Shown piece by piece: positions 1 through 13,267 of a stretch of 64,000 nt of DNA. Location: positions 124,001-188,000 of the forward strand of contig BROI01000036.1 of the NCBI GenBank assembly GCA_027923505.1, read 5' to 3'. This DNA is from Mayamaea pseudoterrestris. Its lineage: Eukaryota. The notes beneath the pieces are model-generated. The model had not been told where the DNA came from. It saw only the letters and a list, made by a program, of their open reading frames with translations, and ran no database searches. Made by a program: the position numbers and the translations under genes. Every line of letters starts with the position of its first letter. The stretch's first letter is position 1.

Positions 1-470
1 TGCTGCTCCACGCTGGCAATGGTAATGACGTTGAACTGCTCGGTGGCGGCACCCGTCGCCTTGCCCGTTCCATACACAATCATGAGCAAAACTCCCAGTA
101 TACTTCCAAAGGTTGACATGCGAAATCCAAGGCGCAGCAAACGCGTAAACATGAAGCAGTCCAAGCCCATGAATTTCAACGCTTCGTCATCACTGATGCG
201 AAAGGCTTCCACCGCCCATCCAAACCAGGCGCTTCCAGTAAAAGCAGGCGGACTCGTACTGGATCGAGTCAATAGTCGCTTCTCATATAGTGTCAAGTGA
301 TTGCTCTTGGAGTGCTTGGAGCGCGTCATGGCGAAGAATACGTAAAAGACGAAACCGACGGCGAAGGAAATAATGAGCGTCACCCAAACGACGCTCCAGG
401 GAACAATCACGTCAGCGTCTCCCGTCGTGGCGTCGTCCGTATTGGCGGCGCCGCCGCTATTATCAGACAT
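1..470 (-). CDS. CSC1/OSCA/TMEM63-family mechanosensitive channel, N-terminal part (runs off window start)
   Basis: Not in the ORF track. Manual translation from ATG 470 gives MSDNSGG...VPWSVVWVTLIISFAVGFVFYVFF (TM)...WFGWAVEAFRISDDEALKFMGLDCFMFTRLLRLG...FNVITIASV, matching the RSN1_TM 'GLDayfFlRfl' signature. Confidence 0.8.
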   Translation of the reverse strand, partial: MSDNSGGAANTDDATTGDADVIVPWSVVWVTLIISFAVGFVFYVFFAMTRSKHSKSNHLTLYEKRLLTRSSTSPPAFTGSAWFGWAVEAFRISDDEALKFMGLDCFMFTRLLRLGFRMSTFGSILGVLLMIVYGTGKATGAATEQFNVITIASVEQ

Positions 471-1057
471 GGTAATTAGTTGTCGTCGTCGACTGCAGTC
501 GCTTCCAGTTTATCAAGAGGAGGTGCAGCTGCGAGAAAGTGTCAAGTTGCGGCTGCGGCCATGGATCCTTCGCCAACGGTGGATTCTCACGTCTTCCGTG
601 AGACACTTTCACATTTTGAAAACGATCATGGATCTCATAGTGTAGAGCAGAGTGTACAATTGCGGAGAAACTATTTTGCAAAATTTGGTGGCTGTGCTAC
701 ACAACCTGGCTCGCATACTAGCTATTCAGCAAATGCCAAATCTATTTCATATCTTGAGCTTGCAGTTCTGCGCGCATCAGCGACGTCAGCGTCTTTCGTT
801 AGTACCTGAACAGCTCTATCAATGCTGAATGCACCTTTTTGCGACCTGATTTCGTGTGTTGAACAAGACATGGAATGCCGTATATGGGTCAGGGAACCGG
901 AAGACAGACAAACCGACCTCCATTTAAACCATCTACACTGTACTGCACTCGTTACACATAGAATAACGACAATCACAATTTATTCTATAACAAGCCAAAG
1001 TATGCAGTTGCTACGTCGCCTCACGCTTCACGGCAGCCGTAACAGCAAACGTTTGCA

Positions 1058-1840
1058 TCAGCAAGCAACCGTCGTTAGTATGACGCGCTTTCGTTCCGCG
1101 TTTGGTTTTGGAGACTTTGGTCTTGAATGCAGTTTTTGGCGATTACTACTTGCTGGCAAATCTTTCTCTGAATAGTCGCCGTTCGTCTTGATGGTTTGGT
1201 CATTCGACGAAACTGGATCGTCCGTCTGCATGGCGACGACTGATAAAGGCGTTGCACCGGTCGTTGTCGCAATCGAATCATGCTCCTTCACAGCCAATGC
1301 ATCCGCGGTTCCCATGATGCTCGCATATACCAGAGAGCTTGCCGCACAGTTTCTATACTCTTGTGCAATATCGTTTGCATTCGCGTGACATTCTTGCGAC
1401 AAGTGCACCACGGTTCGAACGGAACGCTTGACCGTTTCGGATCGGTGACGGCGCTGCTTTTGCGACACATACTTTTCCAGTCCACGTCCATCTCCCATGG
1501 TGTTCCAAAGATACAAGTCTTGGGCATGTGAAAATGGATCAAATGCAAAATGACCGGTCACGCTTGTCGTCATGGAAATTGCCAATCGTTCCGCAGCGTC
1601 AAGCGTGTCCTCCATTTGCTGCACGCCCTTTGCTGCCGTTCTTCGAACGTCGCGCGTCTCTAGTTTGGCGTGGAGCTTAATGTTGCTGAACTCTGTCGGC
1701 GTAAAGTAGCGACAAGCCTTGTTTTCGTCGGACATATCGTCGAGGCAAGGAATGGTGTCGTCGATGCGGACGGAGCATTCGGGGCTAGCGAAGCTAACTA
1801 CGCTGCGATGAATTAAAGGCAATGTCATGGTATGAATCAA
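1058..1840 (-). CDS. Diatom-type hypothetical protein
   Basis: 260-aa ORF with 'VSF..V' start, a 'YF...EF..IK' segment and a 'GRGLEK' motif, resembling a common uncharacterised diatom family. Start uncertain (ATG 1828 possible). Confidence 0.6.
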   Translation of the reverse strand: MIHTMTLPLIHRSVVSFASPECSVRIDDTIPCLDDMSDENKACRYFTPTEFSNIKLHAKLETRDVRRTAAKGVQQMEDTLDAAERLAISMTTSVTGHFAFDPFSHAQDLYLWNTMGDGRGLEKYVSQKQRRHRSETVKRSVRTVVHLSQECHANANDIAQEYRNCAASSLVYASIMGTADALAVKEHDSIATTTGATPLSVVAMQTDDPVSSNDQTIKTNGDYSEKDLPASSNRQKLHSRPKSPKPNAERKRVILTTVAC

Positions 1841-2107
1841 TAAGCGACAAGCAAGCTATGTAACGGAAGTTAATGTTGATGGGTTTGATCAAGAGAATTG
1901 AAAGATTACCTTGACTCGTTCGCCTACTCGTGGAAGAAAGAGAAGACGAGATCAACTTGCCGCGTTCATCGGTGGCAGGACATTTCCATTGATATTCTTC
2001 AGAATGACCAAAATGACCTTTTTTGAATTGCCTTGTCACGAAATGTTTAATCATTTAGATCTTAGTTCAGCTGAACGCTAATCTTGACTCGGTTGACACA
2101 TTTATGA

Positions 2108-3442
2108 GTGTCGCACCGGCGCGCGCCAGCCATCACAGCCATCGCTTCTCACAATGATGCTCGTCCGTCCACCATGACGAAAGTGCGAAGCACAAGGCGC
2201 ACCATCAAGTGCGCACTGCTTCCACTCACTCCCTGCAAGGTCTTTGGCATACTCTTGGTTATCTTGGTGCAGCAGGTCGCTCGCTACAGCTTTGACTTGG
2301 TGAAGATTGATGCAGTCGAAAACGACTATCCGTTTCGACATGAATTGCCGTATATATCCACTCAATCACAAGCAACCTTGTACGAAACACTACCTGACTG
2401 GCTGCAGGAATATATTACTTGGAACCGACAAGAACGACTACTACTCAATGAAACCAATTGGCATGAACAAAAGTACTATATACAGCGCTGCCTTGCAACG
2501 TGCGGCGGCACGAGTGACCGACTCCGCAGCATGGTTGTCAAGGTGTTGCTGGCGGCCAGAATGAAACGACTCTTACTCATTCAATGGGAAAAACCTGCCA
2601 AATTGGAAGCGTTTCTCGTGCCGCCGGCTTCCGGCATTGACTGGACGGTTCCAGAATGGCTAGCTGAAAAGTTGCTGCAACATTCCAACGAAACGACCTC
2701 GTGTCGCGTGGGAAAGTATCCGTCCGTTCAGTTTGCACATGACGCTGGATGTCACGTTATGAACACCATGTACCATTTCGAGTTTTCGGGAGGCGCAGAG
2801 CTGTACAATGAGCTCCGAGACAATGACGACGAACCAGATTTTGATGCCATGTATCGAACCATTTGGATGCTCCTGTTTCAACCCACGCCACCCATTCAAC
2901 GATTGATTCATCAGCGCTTACAAAAGCTAAAGTTACGTCCAAACCAATACAATGCAATTCACATTCGGTCGCAATACTCGGAGGAGGAACTCGCCATGCC
3001 AAACTTGATTGAAAACGCCACAAACTGCGGCCTGTCGTTCGCCGGAAACCTTCCACTCTACATAGCGACGGACTCGCTCAACGCGACACGAAAAGCTTTG
3101 GAGTATGCACAACAGTATACGCGCCACGCCAAGGCGCATGTCACAACGGATCATCCGCCGCTGCACCTGTCGCGTGGCGAAACTTACCTGAGCCACGCCA
3201 ATGAAGTAGTATACGATGACTCACCCGATGTTTACTACTCGACGTTTGTCGACTTTTACATGCTGGCGAGCGCCAAGTGCTTGGGCGTCGGAAGAGGAAC
3301 GTACGGATACTGGGCCAACTTGGTGAGTCTTGATCCAGGCTGCGTCGTCAAGTACTTTGACTGGGAGCAAAAGCAGTACAACTTTCCGCCGCAGTGCCAG
3401 GCTCCGCCACGAAGATTATGGAACTGGAAAAAGTGGTTCTGA
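2108..3442 (+). CDS. Type II membrane fucosyltransferase-like glycosyltransferase (NodZ/FUT8/O-FucT-like)
   Basis: N-terminal TM anchor; GGTSDRL, AIHIRS, YIATDS and FVDFYMLASAKCL..GRGTYG correspond to the GDP-fucose-binding motifs. Confidence 0.7.
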   Translation: MSHRRAPAITAIASHNDARPSTMTKVRSTRRTIKCALLPLTPCKVFGILLVILVQQVARYSFDLVKIDAVENDYPFRHELPYISTQSQATLYETLPDWLQEYITWNRQERLLLNETNWHEQKYYIQRCLATCGGTSDRLRSMVVKVLLAARMKRLLLIQWEKPAKLEAFLVPPASGIDWTVPEWLAEKLLQHSNETTSCRVGKYPSVQFAHDAGCHVMNTMYHFEFSGGAELYNELRDNDDEPDFDAMYRTIWMLLFQPTPPIQRLIHQRLQKLKLRPNQYNAIHIRSQYSEEELAMPNLIENATNCGLSFAGNLPLYIATDSLNATRKALEYAQQYTRHAKAHVTTDHPPLHLSRGETYLSHANEVVYDDSPDVYYSTFVDFYMLASAKCLGVGRGTYGYWANLVSLDPGCVVKYFDWEQKQYNFPPQCQAPPRRLWNWKKWF

Positions 3443-3913
3443 TGGAAATCGACCTGACAAGCAAATCATTGGCGCATGCGGTACGACACAAGTATTTATG
3501 ATCAGTCAATAACAGGACAGCAGGCAAGCCGCTCATGTCGTAACTTACAGCTCGCAAAGAAATAGTTGAAGGTTATACGCGCTGACATGCTACATTTGTC
3601 AAATGAATATGAGTCTGACAGTAATTGTGGCGTGTCATTGGGAGCACCAACCTATTGTAGGCAAGCCACCTCTGGGAATGTTTCGGGGGAGCAGGCCAAG
3701 CTCGCGGAAGCTGCAGAATGCGGCAACTAAAAGTGAAGCTAGCTACAAGGTAGAAGCTATAGCTACTCTAACTAAATTGTTATTACCGCAGCAAGTAGCT
3801 TATAAGTACGCTTGGTATATAGGGGTGCCCAATGTTCCATCTGCGGGCAGATCGCCATTTCATTTTTATTTATGAATCTTGTCGCACAATGACTCAACCT
3901 TCCATGAAAAGGA

Positions 3914-3969
3914 TGACGTGTCCAAGGGCGGTAACGCTTCGCGCACCGCGCCAGGTACGTACGTCAGTC
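3914..3969 (+). promoter_or_regulatory. CCRE-like TGACGT (3914-3919) and ACGTCAGTC (3961-3969) upstream of FBAC1
   Basis: Motifs read directly. TGACGT is the diatom CO2/cAMP-responsive bZIP element. Confidence 0.45.
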
Positions 3970-4060
3970 ACCCACGGCGCGGCGACGTGTGTGTGATGGA
4001 TCGCATTCGTTTTGTTTCGTCGTCGTTGCCGTCCATACTTTCAAACCTCGTTGTACTACC

Positions 4061-5538
4061 ATGAAGCTTTCCACCGCCTCCCTTTTGTTTATTGCTCCCA
4101 GCGCTGCCTTGGCGTTTGCGCCCGGCAAGACTGCCTTCCGGACGTCGACATCGTTGCGCATGAGCACTGAAGCCAAGGTGAGTTTTTGTAAAGGGGCGAA
4201 AAAGATGCATTTCTATTGTTCTGTGCAACGGGCGAGGCCATTCAAAGGCGAATCTGCGTACTGTAGTCATAAGAAGTGTGAGGTTTTACACTATTCTTGC
4301 TCAATCTTTCATCGTTCTATTTCCTTCGCAACTTGTTTCATTCTTTTCTATAGACCGTCACCAAGCTTCCAGCGTCCGTCAAGCCAGGCGTCGTCACCGG
4401 CCCCGCCCTCATTGACCTTTTGAACCACGCCAAGGAAAACAAATATGCCATTCCCGGAGTCAACATTGTCGGAAGCAACTCCATCAACGCTTGCATGGAG
4501 GCTGCCAAAAAGTACGGCGGTCCCATCATGGTTACCTTCAGCAAGGGCGGCGGCCAGTTTATTGCCGGCAAGGCTGCCGACAATTCTGATGACGCTGCCT
4601 CCATTGCTGGATGCGTCGCTGGTGCCAAGCATGTGCGCGAAGTCGCCAAGCTTTACGGCGTTCCAGTGATTCTTCACACGGACCATTGCCAAAAGGCCTG
4701 GCTCCCGTGGTTCGATGGTCTCATGGAGGCCAACGAGCAATACTTCAAGGAACACGGCGAACCCTTGTTCTCCAGTCACATGTTGGATCTTTCCGAGGAG
4801 ACTCTGGAAGAAAACATTGGCATTTGCAAGCAGTACTTGGAGCGCATGGCCAAGATGAACTGTTTGTTGGAGTTTGAGCTTGGTGTCACTGGCGGTGAGG
4901 AGGATGGCGTTGACAACTCGGACGTTGACTCGAGTCGCCTCTACACGCAACCGGAGGAAGTCTTTTACGCCTACGAGCAGCTGTCGCAGGTACCAAACGG
5001 CTCGTTCACCTGCGCCGCCTCCTTTGGCAATGTGCATGGTGTCTATGCACCAGGCAATGTGGAGCTCAAGCCGGAGATTCTGCACAATACGCAAAAGTAC
5101 ATTCACGAAAAGATTGGCGGAGAGGATGACAAGCCAATGCTGTTCGTCTTTCATGGAGGCAGTGGATCGGGTGTGGAGGACATTCGCTATGCGATTGAAG
5201 CCGGAGTCATCAAGATGAACATTGACACTGATACGCAGTGGTAAGTTTTGATTTGATTGTTGCCTTGAGTATGTTTGTCGTCAATTTTATATCACGCCTC
5301 ACTAAATATTTATCATTTCAATTACACCAGGGCATTCTGGAAGGGAATTCGCGACTATGAAGCCAAGCACCACGACTACTTGCAGGGCCAAATTGGCAAC
5401 CCCGAGGGAGACGACAAGCCCAACAAAAAGTACTACGATCCCCGCATGGCGCTGCGAGCGGGAGAGGAAAGCATGGCGCAGCGCCTGTGTGAGGCTGCCG
5501 CTGACTTGAACTGCGTGAATGTGTTGAACATGAATTAA
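4061..5538 (+). CDS. FBAC1: Plastid class II fructose-1,6-bisphosphate aldolase; exons 4061-4177, 4354-5240, 5331-5538
   Basis: Signal peptide plus ALA-FAP plastid motif; KPGVVTG, LHTDHC, FSSHMLDLSEE, FGNVHGVY, FVFHGGSGS, KMNIDTDTQW, KKYYDPR. GT-AG introns restore the frame. FBAC1 versus FBAC2 is from recalled similarity. Confidence 0.93.
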
Positions 5539-5785
5539 GTAGTAGTAGAGAAAGGGAGAAGAATGGAAGCATATATTTTAAAACGATTTGAAGTGTACTA
5601 TAATGCTGCGTTTTTCGGCGCTTCATAGTAGCTTATGTAGTCAAGCAATTGACTCATACAGCTTGTTCCATCGTGTCAGATGGAAAGTAGGCAACGATGG
5701 CAGCATAGCTAGCGAATAAAGCAAGTCGAAGCAAGCGACGTCGATGCTTGTGATGGTGAGGTTGTGTGACGTACTTTGCGCGTGA

Positions 5786-7539
<1,754 letters not shown>

Positions 7540-7847
7540 ATTACTCCTGTGAATAATGGCGGTTGCATTTGCTTCATTGTCGGCAGTTTGCATGAGGTTG
7601 CTCGTGCGATCCGAACATGGAGTTTGGAGTATTGTATTGCGTAGTTGATTAAAACACGAATCTTTACAATAACGCTTAAACAATCACATGCTACTCATTG
7701 TTAATTCTCACCATGACACGTGTTGTCGACTTTGCCCGTTGTTGCTCGTGCGTTCGACCATGGATTACTACAAGCATCTTCAACAAAAACGTTTACACCA
7801 TCACTTGACAATTGTCACCACAACACGGACAAATACTTGTTCACTCT

Positions 7848-8720
7848 CTACTTTAAATCAATCTGCGCCAATGCCCAGCCAAACGCTTGCAGCGGCGTCA
7901 ATGGCGCCTTGAAATCCACGTGGTAAATCTTGTCGTCCCACTTGGCCATTTGCAGCACAATAGTCGCATCGTCGTCCTTGTTGCTCACTAGCAGCTGCAT
8001 GTTGCGACGCGAGGCTGACCGTCCGCGTCCATGAAAGTCCAATCCATATCGACCATTCTGCTTGGCCTTTGGCGCAACGCTCTGCAACACGGTCGGACTG
8101 TAAACGTCCGACGGCACCGACAAGCGACGCGGACCCAGCAAACGCTGGCGACAAACCTCCTGAAAGAGATGCAGCTGCGTGCTAGTCGTTCGGACTCCCT
8201 CCTTGCTGCTCGAATGTGTTGGATCTTCGTAGAGGGCCACTTCGGCCCGACGAGGCTCGTTGCGCGTGCAAAAGTAGTTGCACTGAATCTTTGGGACAAC
8301 GTAGAGAATGTACGCCACCGCAACGTCATTGTCAACCTCCAACGCGTACGTGTGCTGCACAAAGTTGGACTCAATCTCCTTCAAAGAGGCAATGGGTGGA
8401 AGAAGCTCCGAGCAAGTGGAAATAATGTAGCGCGTCTTGGAAAAGAGTTTGCCGCGCTTGGCCGTCAACAAATTAGTAACATCTCCGTTGGAGTGCTGCA
8501 TTTTCATGGTAATCAGCTTGCTGCTGGTACAATTGACGACGCAGTGGACAAGGCCCGTCACATCGTGGTAATCATCGGGACAAGGACAAGTGACGACGGA
8601 CTTTACCGTATCGACTTTGGTGTCGAGCAGCGGTTTAGTCAAGGTAGAATCCGAGTCTGTAGATTTGTTTCTCGTCTCTATAAAGCTTGGACGAGCATTG
8701 GTCTTCATGGGGATGCTCAT
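7848..8720 (-). CDS. Tubby C-terminal domain protein
   Basis: YGLDFHGRGRSASRRNMQL...LQMAKWDDKIYHVDFKAPLTPLQAFGWALAQID matches the Tub domain C-terminus. ATG 8720 assumed. Confidence 0.85.
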   Translation of the reverse strand: MSIPMKTNARPSFIETRNKSTDSDSTLTKPLLDTKVDTVKSVVTCPCPDDYHDVTGLVHCVVNCTSSKLITMKMQHSNGDVTNLLTAKRGKLFSKTRYIISTCSELLPPIASLKEIESNFVQHTYALEVDNDVAVAYILYVVPKIQCNYFCTRNEPRRAEVALYEDPTHSSSKEGVRTTSTQLHLFQEVCRQRLLGPRRLSVPSDVYSPTVLQSVAPKAKQNGRYGLDFHGRGRSASRRNMQLLVSNKDDDATIVLQMAKWDDKIYHVDFKAPLTPLQAFGWALAQIDLK

Positions 8721-9254
8721 GGTTGATGATTGCAGGATATTCTGTGAAAGTGAGGAGCGGAAAAGGTGATGTGAGCGCAAAGGCTACCGCGAATGGTCGA
8801 TTCGCGTCAATCTTCTCCGCTTCGCTCTTTAATCACGCTACTCTTACGACGAGGGACGACCAAAATCTGCTACCTGACAGAATGCGACCGGCAGCTCTAG
8901 CGTGGCCATGCTCGCTATGGCAATGGTCGACGATCATCGTCATGGTCGAATTGGAGGACCGGTTTGTCGTTTGAGAATGAGCAAGGATTCATTACCAGTA
9001 CGATAGTATAAATGACGCTCCGTTACTCACTGACGTCATGCATGCATCTTTTGGCGCGAATGACCGGCATGCTTCTCCGCGGTCATTCTGACGAGCGCGC
9101 GTAATTTGGAAGAAACGCGGTGAACCAAGCGCCGGCGCAATGGTGGCTTGAAGCAAAACGAGGAGACTGATTCCTGCCCATTCAAGCAACGAAACAAGCT
9201 GCGTTTCTTTGTCAGTTACTTTCTTATACAATAGCATAGCATCATATTAAAATC

Positions 9255-9671
9255 ATGGCATCACTCGACATGCTCCTCGAATCCCTCAATGAGGAAGACA
9301 AGAAAACTCGACGAGTGCCTGATCGAACCATGAGCGGCGACACGCTCGACTCAATCAAGAACCACCGTCGAAGCTCCTACAAGGCGCCTCCAGGAGCTGG
9401 TCTAGCGACTCGGACTAGCATGTCACGCCGAGGATCCCGGCGTCCGCCAGCTAATGGCAAGGGAGGATTGGGATCATTCGTTGAGTCTATGAATGAGAGT
9501 CAAAAGAGTCTGCAGGAGGGTGAAGTTGACATTGAAGAGGAAACGGTTGATAGTCGCCAGTTGACGGCGGACAAGCTGCCCAAGCTCAAGGCGTCGGCGC
9601 GAAAGGGCAAGCGACCAACTGGAAGAGCGATTGCCGAGGTGGATGAAGACGACGAAGATGATGACGAGTGA
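9255..9671 (+). CDS. Hypothetical low-complexity protein (138 aa)
   Basis: ATG in good context (aatcATGG), charged sequence, acidic tail; no recognisable domain. Confidence 0.55.
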   Translation: MASLDMLLESLNEEDKKTRRVPDRTMSGDTLDSIKNHRRSSYKAPPGAGLATRTSMSRRGSRRPPANGKGGLGSFVESMNESQKSLQEGEVDIEEETVDSRQLTADKLPKLKASARKGKRPTGRAIAEVDEDDEDDDE

Positions 9672-10102
9672 ATGGTTTAGCACATGGAAGCTATTTCAAA
9701 CGCGTATCTACATTCTTTCTTCTTTTAACTTGTCTCTGGCGCCCGCTCTGTCTTTATATGTCGAGGGTCTTTTGCTTAACGTAATTACAAACTATAGTAG
9801 ATTCAAGCGATTAAAAGGAGGAAGGGCTCGCTATTGCTGGTCCGTTTTAGCTACATACATGCCTGCTCATCAACTTCCGCAAGAAGTACTGCAGTGCGAT
9901 AGAATAACGCATTGACCTTTATCGACGAATCTTTGAGCCAGCAGAGATTGATCGGTAGCTATCGTTCACTTCATTTTGATCATAATCATGCGACTATTCC
10001 GTGGCATGATAGTAACTGAGACAATGACAACTTCCACATAGATGACAAATCGACAATGCGTGAACTGAAAGAATCAAATACATATTACAAACAATAACAT
10101 AA

Positions 10103-10570
10103 CTACCCATCATTCCTTGGTGCAATGGTAATCTTTCGACCCGGCACCAATCCAAGTTGCTTCATCATTTCCTCCTTCTTCGACTCCTCCTTTCGTTGCA
10201 GCTCCATGGCTCGCTCCTTTTGCTTCTCCTGTCGCTTGGCAGCATGCTGCTTTTCCCGCTGCAACGCCGACTGAAAGTTTGCCGCGTCGCCACTTCCAAA
10301 AACGGCATCGTCATTGAGCTCGACGCAGGCATCCTCCCGATCCCTGGATGCAGCATGTGTGCGCGCTCCAATCTCGCGACGCTTCTCCAGCTGCCGGTCT
10401 CGTCCATAGTCGGCCTTGCCACCCGTGAGCTCGTCGTGGACCGTTTGAACGTGGCACTTGAGTCGTTGGTTGGTGACGCGATCCTGGTAGCGATCCTCCG
10501 CCGAGCGGCCGTAGTAGGAAGTCTCTTGGTCAGTCTTGTTGGCTGGACCGGTCACTGCTCCGATTTTGGA

Positions 10571-10606
<36 letters not shown>

Positions 10607-11179
10607 ACCATGATCCATTAACGCCGCTGCACTTTCCTTGTGGTCCGTCTGACTCTTGATTCCATTACTCATGGTTCGCAAGTTCTTGTCCTCGGCGTCG
10701 CTGATTTGAAACTTCCACTTGTGCCGAGTCGTCTTGCACTCCTCCAAAATGGCAGCTGGAATCGTCTCTTGATAGAATGTGGCTGGTAGTCTTCCAGAAT
10801 TGTACTCGTCTACGAATCGAGTAAAGGCTTGATGAGTTTCGTCCGACGTTAAATCGTTAAAGGCTCGACCCTCCTGTCGGTATAGATAGACGAACAAGTG
10901 CTCATGGAAGGCAAAGTAGTCGCGATCGGCGTTCAATGGCTGAGAAGGAGCATGGCCGAGAGCGTCTCCAAGTGGAGTCAAATGAGTGTCGCTCGTTGTT
11001 GCGTCTCGTCGTGACGAGGATGAATGTTCCTTTTTGTCACGGCGCTTACTGCGGCTGCTTTTATCGTCAGATGACTTCTTTCTCTCCTTCTTGTCGCGGC
11101 TGCTCTTCTTGTGCTTCTTGTCGTGCGAGGACCGTTTCCTGTGCTTCTTCTCGTCGTCCTCGCGGCTGGATCGTCCCAT
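10103..11179 (-). CDS. SCI1 (style cell-cycle inhibitor 1)-like basic nuclear protein
   Basis: K/R/S-rich N-terminus; DYFAFHEHLFVYL...FNDLTSDETHQAFTRFVDEYNSGRLPATFY resembles the SCI1 core; polyQ tract. Confidence 0.65.
10574..10606 (-). repeat. (CAG)11 coding microsatellite
   Basis: Pure CTG x11 on the plus strand, encoding Q11. Confidence 0.9.
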
Positions 11180-11415
11180 GGTGATAGTCGTGAGTTGTTA
11201 AAGTGCAATGGAACGAGAGCGCGTGACATTCTTGTCGCAGTGGTGTACAGTACACAGTTGACCCATAGCCTTTAAGTTCGCACGACCAATGACTCACGAA
11301 ATGACCGAAAACACCAATCGTCGCGAGTGAGTGACGCATCGTAGCGGCATCCCCTTGGCGAGCGACCTTTTCGGCGAAAACCATCTCACGCATCCACGCT
11401 GCATTTCCATTCCGT

Positions 11416-11503
11416 TGATGCTTTATCGGGAAAGCCTTGACTCGCATTTTTACCATATATGATGCTTTATCGGGAAAGCCTTGACTCGCATATTTACCAT
11501 ATA
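11416..11503. repeat. 44-bp tandem direct duplication in a divergent promoter
   Basis: TGATGCTTTATCGGGAAAGCCTTGACTCGCAT(T/A)TTTACCATATA twice, with one mismatch. Confidence 0.9.
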
Positions 11504-11543
11504 GCCATATAGAAACAGAAGTTGATAGCAGCTATCAAAAAAT

Positions 11544-12410
11544 ATGTCGCAAACGTCCAAGGAACGGGATAAGGATGAGAACGAGGCGAGCCTAGAGGCG
11601 CCATCAGGCAGCGACAAGCGCCTTCGTACATGTATTGCAGAAATTGTAACAGCGCCTCCCGGAAGCTGTCTCGTTCAAGTATCTGATAGAATCCGAACAA
11701 CCGCACTGTGTCTCAATCGCTACTTGCAGGGACAGGAGCAAAGTCTGTCTCGACTAATTCAGGACCGCTGCCGAGGGGTTGTCATGGCGGATGTTTTGGA
11801 ACGGCTGCAAGTGCTTGGCGACAAGCTTCAAGATTCGTCCCAGCGGCCATGCTATGATGCCTTTCGGGATGAACTACTTGGTTATGTACGATATTACAGC
11901 CAGAACGTGGTTGTCATGTCCAAGATTATGGAGCTGGTGGCTCTTGGTGTTTGGCCGTTTGGTGAGGAGAATGGAGTGGAATTCTTCAAACCATTTTTTG
12001 ATCCGTTCCTGCAAGCCACTCGAGAGCACGCCATTGACCTCGCGCGACACTTTTTCTTGCTGGTAGGGAAGCTCACTACTTCAGCTTCCTTTTTTGGTCG
12101 CTGGAACAGTCAAATCTTGGAGCTGTTTTTGACGTCGGACGCAGCATTCGGCTTGGTGCTACAAGTGGCCAATGACTTGCCCTCCTATGTGGCAACCGGT
12201 TATGGTGACTTGCTAAGATTTGCTGTTACATTGTCCAATTTCATTAACGATCTTATTAGGTTCGCCCGCGACACGTCAGCGGTCGCCCGTCGCGAGTGGT
12301 TGATCAATGAATTGGAGGCTCGACTGGAATCGCTTCGTATGGTATTTAACCGATTATTTCTTTTTCATGCCGAGGATGGAGTCCGGAGAAACATAACAGC
12401 TGAGTTGTAA
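11544..12410 (+). CDS. Hypothetical helical (ARM-like?) protein, 288 aa
   Basis: Long Leu/Phe-rich ORF; no recognised motif. Confidence 0.55.
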   Translation: MSQTSKERDKDENEASLEAPSGSDKRLRTCIAEIVTAPPGSCLVQVSDRIRTTALCLNRYLQGQEQSLSRLIQDRCRGVVMADVLERLQVLGDKLQDSSQRPCYDAFRDELLGYVRYYSQNVVVMSKIMELVALGVWPFGEENGVEFFKPFFDPFLQATREHAIDLARHFFLLVGKLTTSASFFGRWNSQILELFLTSDAAFGLVLQVANDLPSYVATGYGDLLRFAVTLSNFINDLIRFARDTSAVARREWLINELEARLESLRMVFNRLFLFHAEDGVRRNITAEL

Positions 12411-12673
12411 TTGACTGGACAATAAAAAATAATGTTGTTGCTCGTTCCTACAAAGAAATATGAGATAACGATCCATAATGATGTGTTTTAACTGCTCAAT
12501 CTGGATCAAAGCTTGACATGTATCGTGAATGGCCAAAATCATAGTATAGTATCGTAACCAACGCTGCGGACCGTCATTGCTATGGAAGCTACATAGCTGG
12601 TGTGTCGCATTGGCAATGTCACGCCGGAATTATGGCGCGACGGCGCGGCACAAACACATCATCCATGATCACC

Positions 12674-13267
12674 ATGAGATCCATCACGCGCCTCGCTGCT
12701 TGCTTGCTTCAAGCGACCCTGCTGGTACACTGTGTATCTGCATACGCCTTTCAAGTCTCCCGTCGAGATGCAATGAAAGTTGCTGCTGCTGCTGCTGCTG
12801 CTGCAGGTCTTCCCATCTCGACATTGCCAGCGCTTGCCGCTGCCGCTGACGCTTCTCCATCATCCGTCGACTCGTTTCGCTCCTTGATTCTCCAAGCCCA
12901 GCATCAGCTCGACTCGGCCGTTCCAGACCTCATTCAAAAGGAGCAGTGGGATTCGATTCGCGCCATTATACTGACGCCGCCCTTGTCCGACTTGTTCAAG
13001 AAACCAAACTTGCTTGGAAATTACGCCGCATTGATTGGAGACGCTCCAAACGGCGACGAACTTTCCGCACTGCAGGCTCGCGAAGACTTGCAGACGCACC
13101 TGCGCTTTCTGGACATGGCTGTCTACAATAACGTGTTTAATCCCATCAAGAGCATGGGCGAAAATGGCGCCACCAAGCAGCTCGTGGCAAGCTACTATGA
13201 GGATCCAATGCGGGAATACAAGGCGAGTCTGCAAGCATTAAAAGACTTGTATGCACTTGGTGAGTAA
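12674..13267 (+). CDS. Thylakoid lumen PsbQ-like protein (Tat-targeted)
   Basis: Signal peptide ending AYA-F, then twin-Arg SRRDAM, an Ala-rich h-region and an ALA cleavage site; helical mature part with EQWDSIRAIILTPPLSDL. Start could be 12665. Confidence 0.65.
   Translation: MRSITRLAACLLQATLLVHCVSAYAFQVSRRDAMKVAAAAAAAAGLPISTLPALAAAADASPSSVDSFRSLILQAQHQLDSAVPDLIQKEQWDSIRAIILTPPLSDLFKKPNLLGNYAALIGDAPNGDELSALQAREDLQTHLRFLDMAVYNNVFNPIKSMGENGATKQLVASYYEDPMREYKASLQALKDLYALGE

Noticed and set aside
3735..3805. Clustered AGCTA/TAGCT words upstream of FBAC1
   Set aside because: No regular period; similar words occur in other intergenic regions.
4348..5154. 268-aa antisense ORF over FBA
   Set aside because: Codon-bias shadow of a highly expressed gene.
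11416..11503. CRISPR-like repeat
   Set aside because: Only two abutting copies, no spacer, no cas genes, eukaryotic context.
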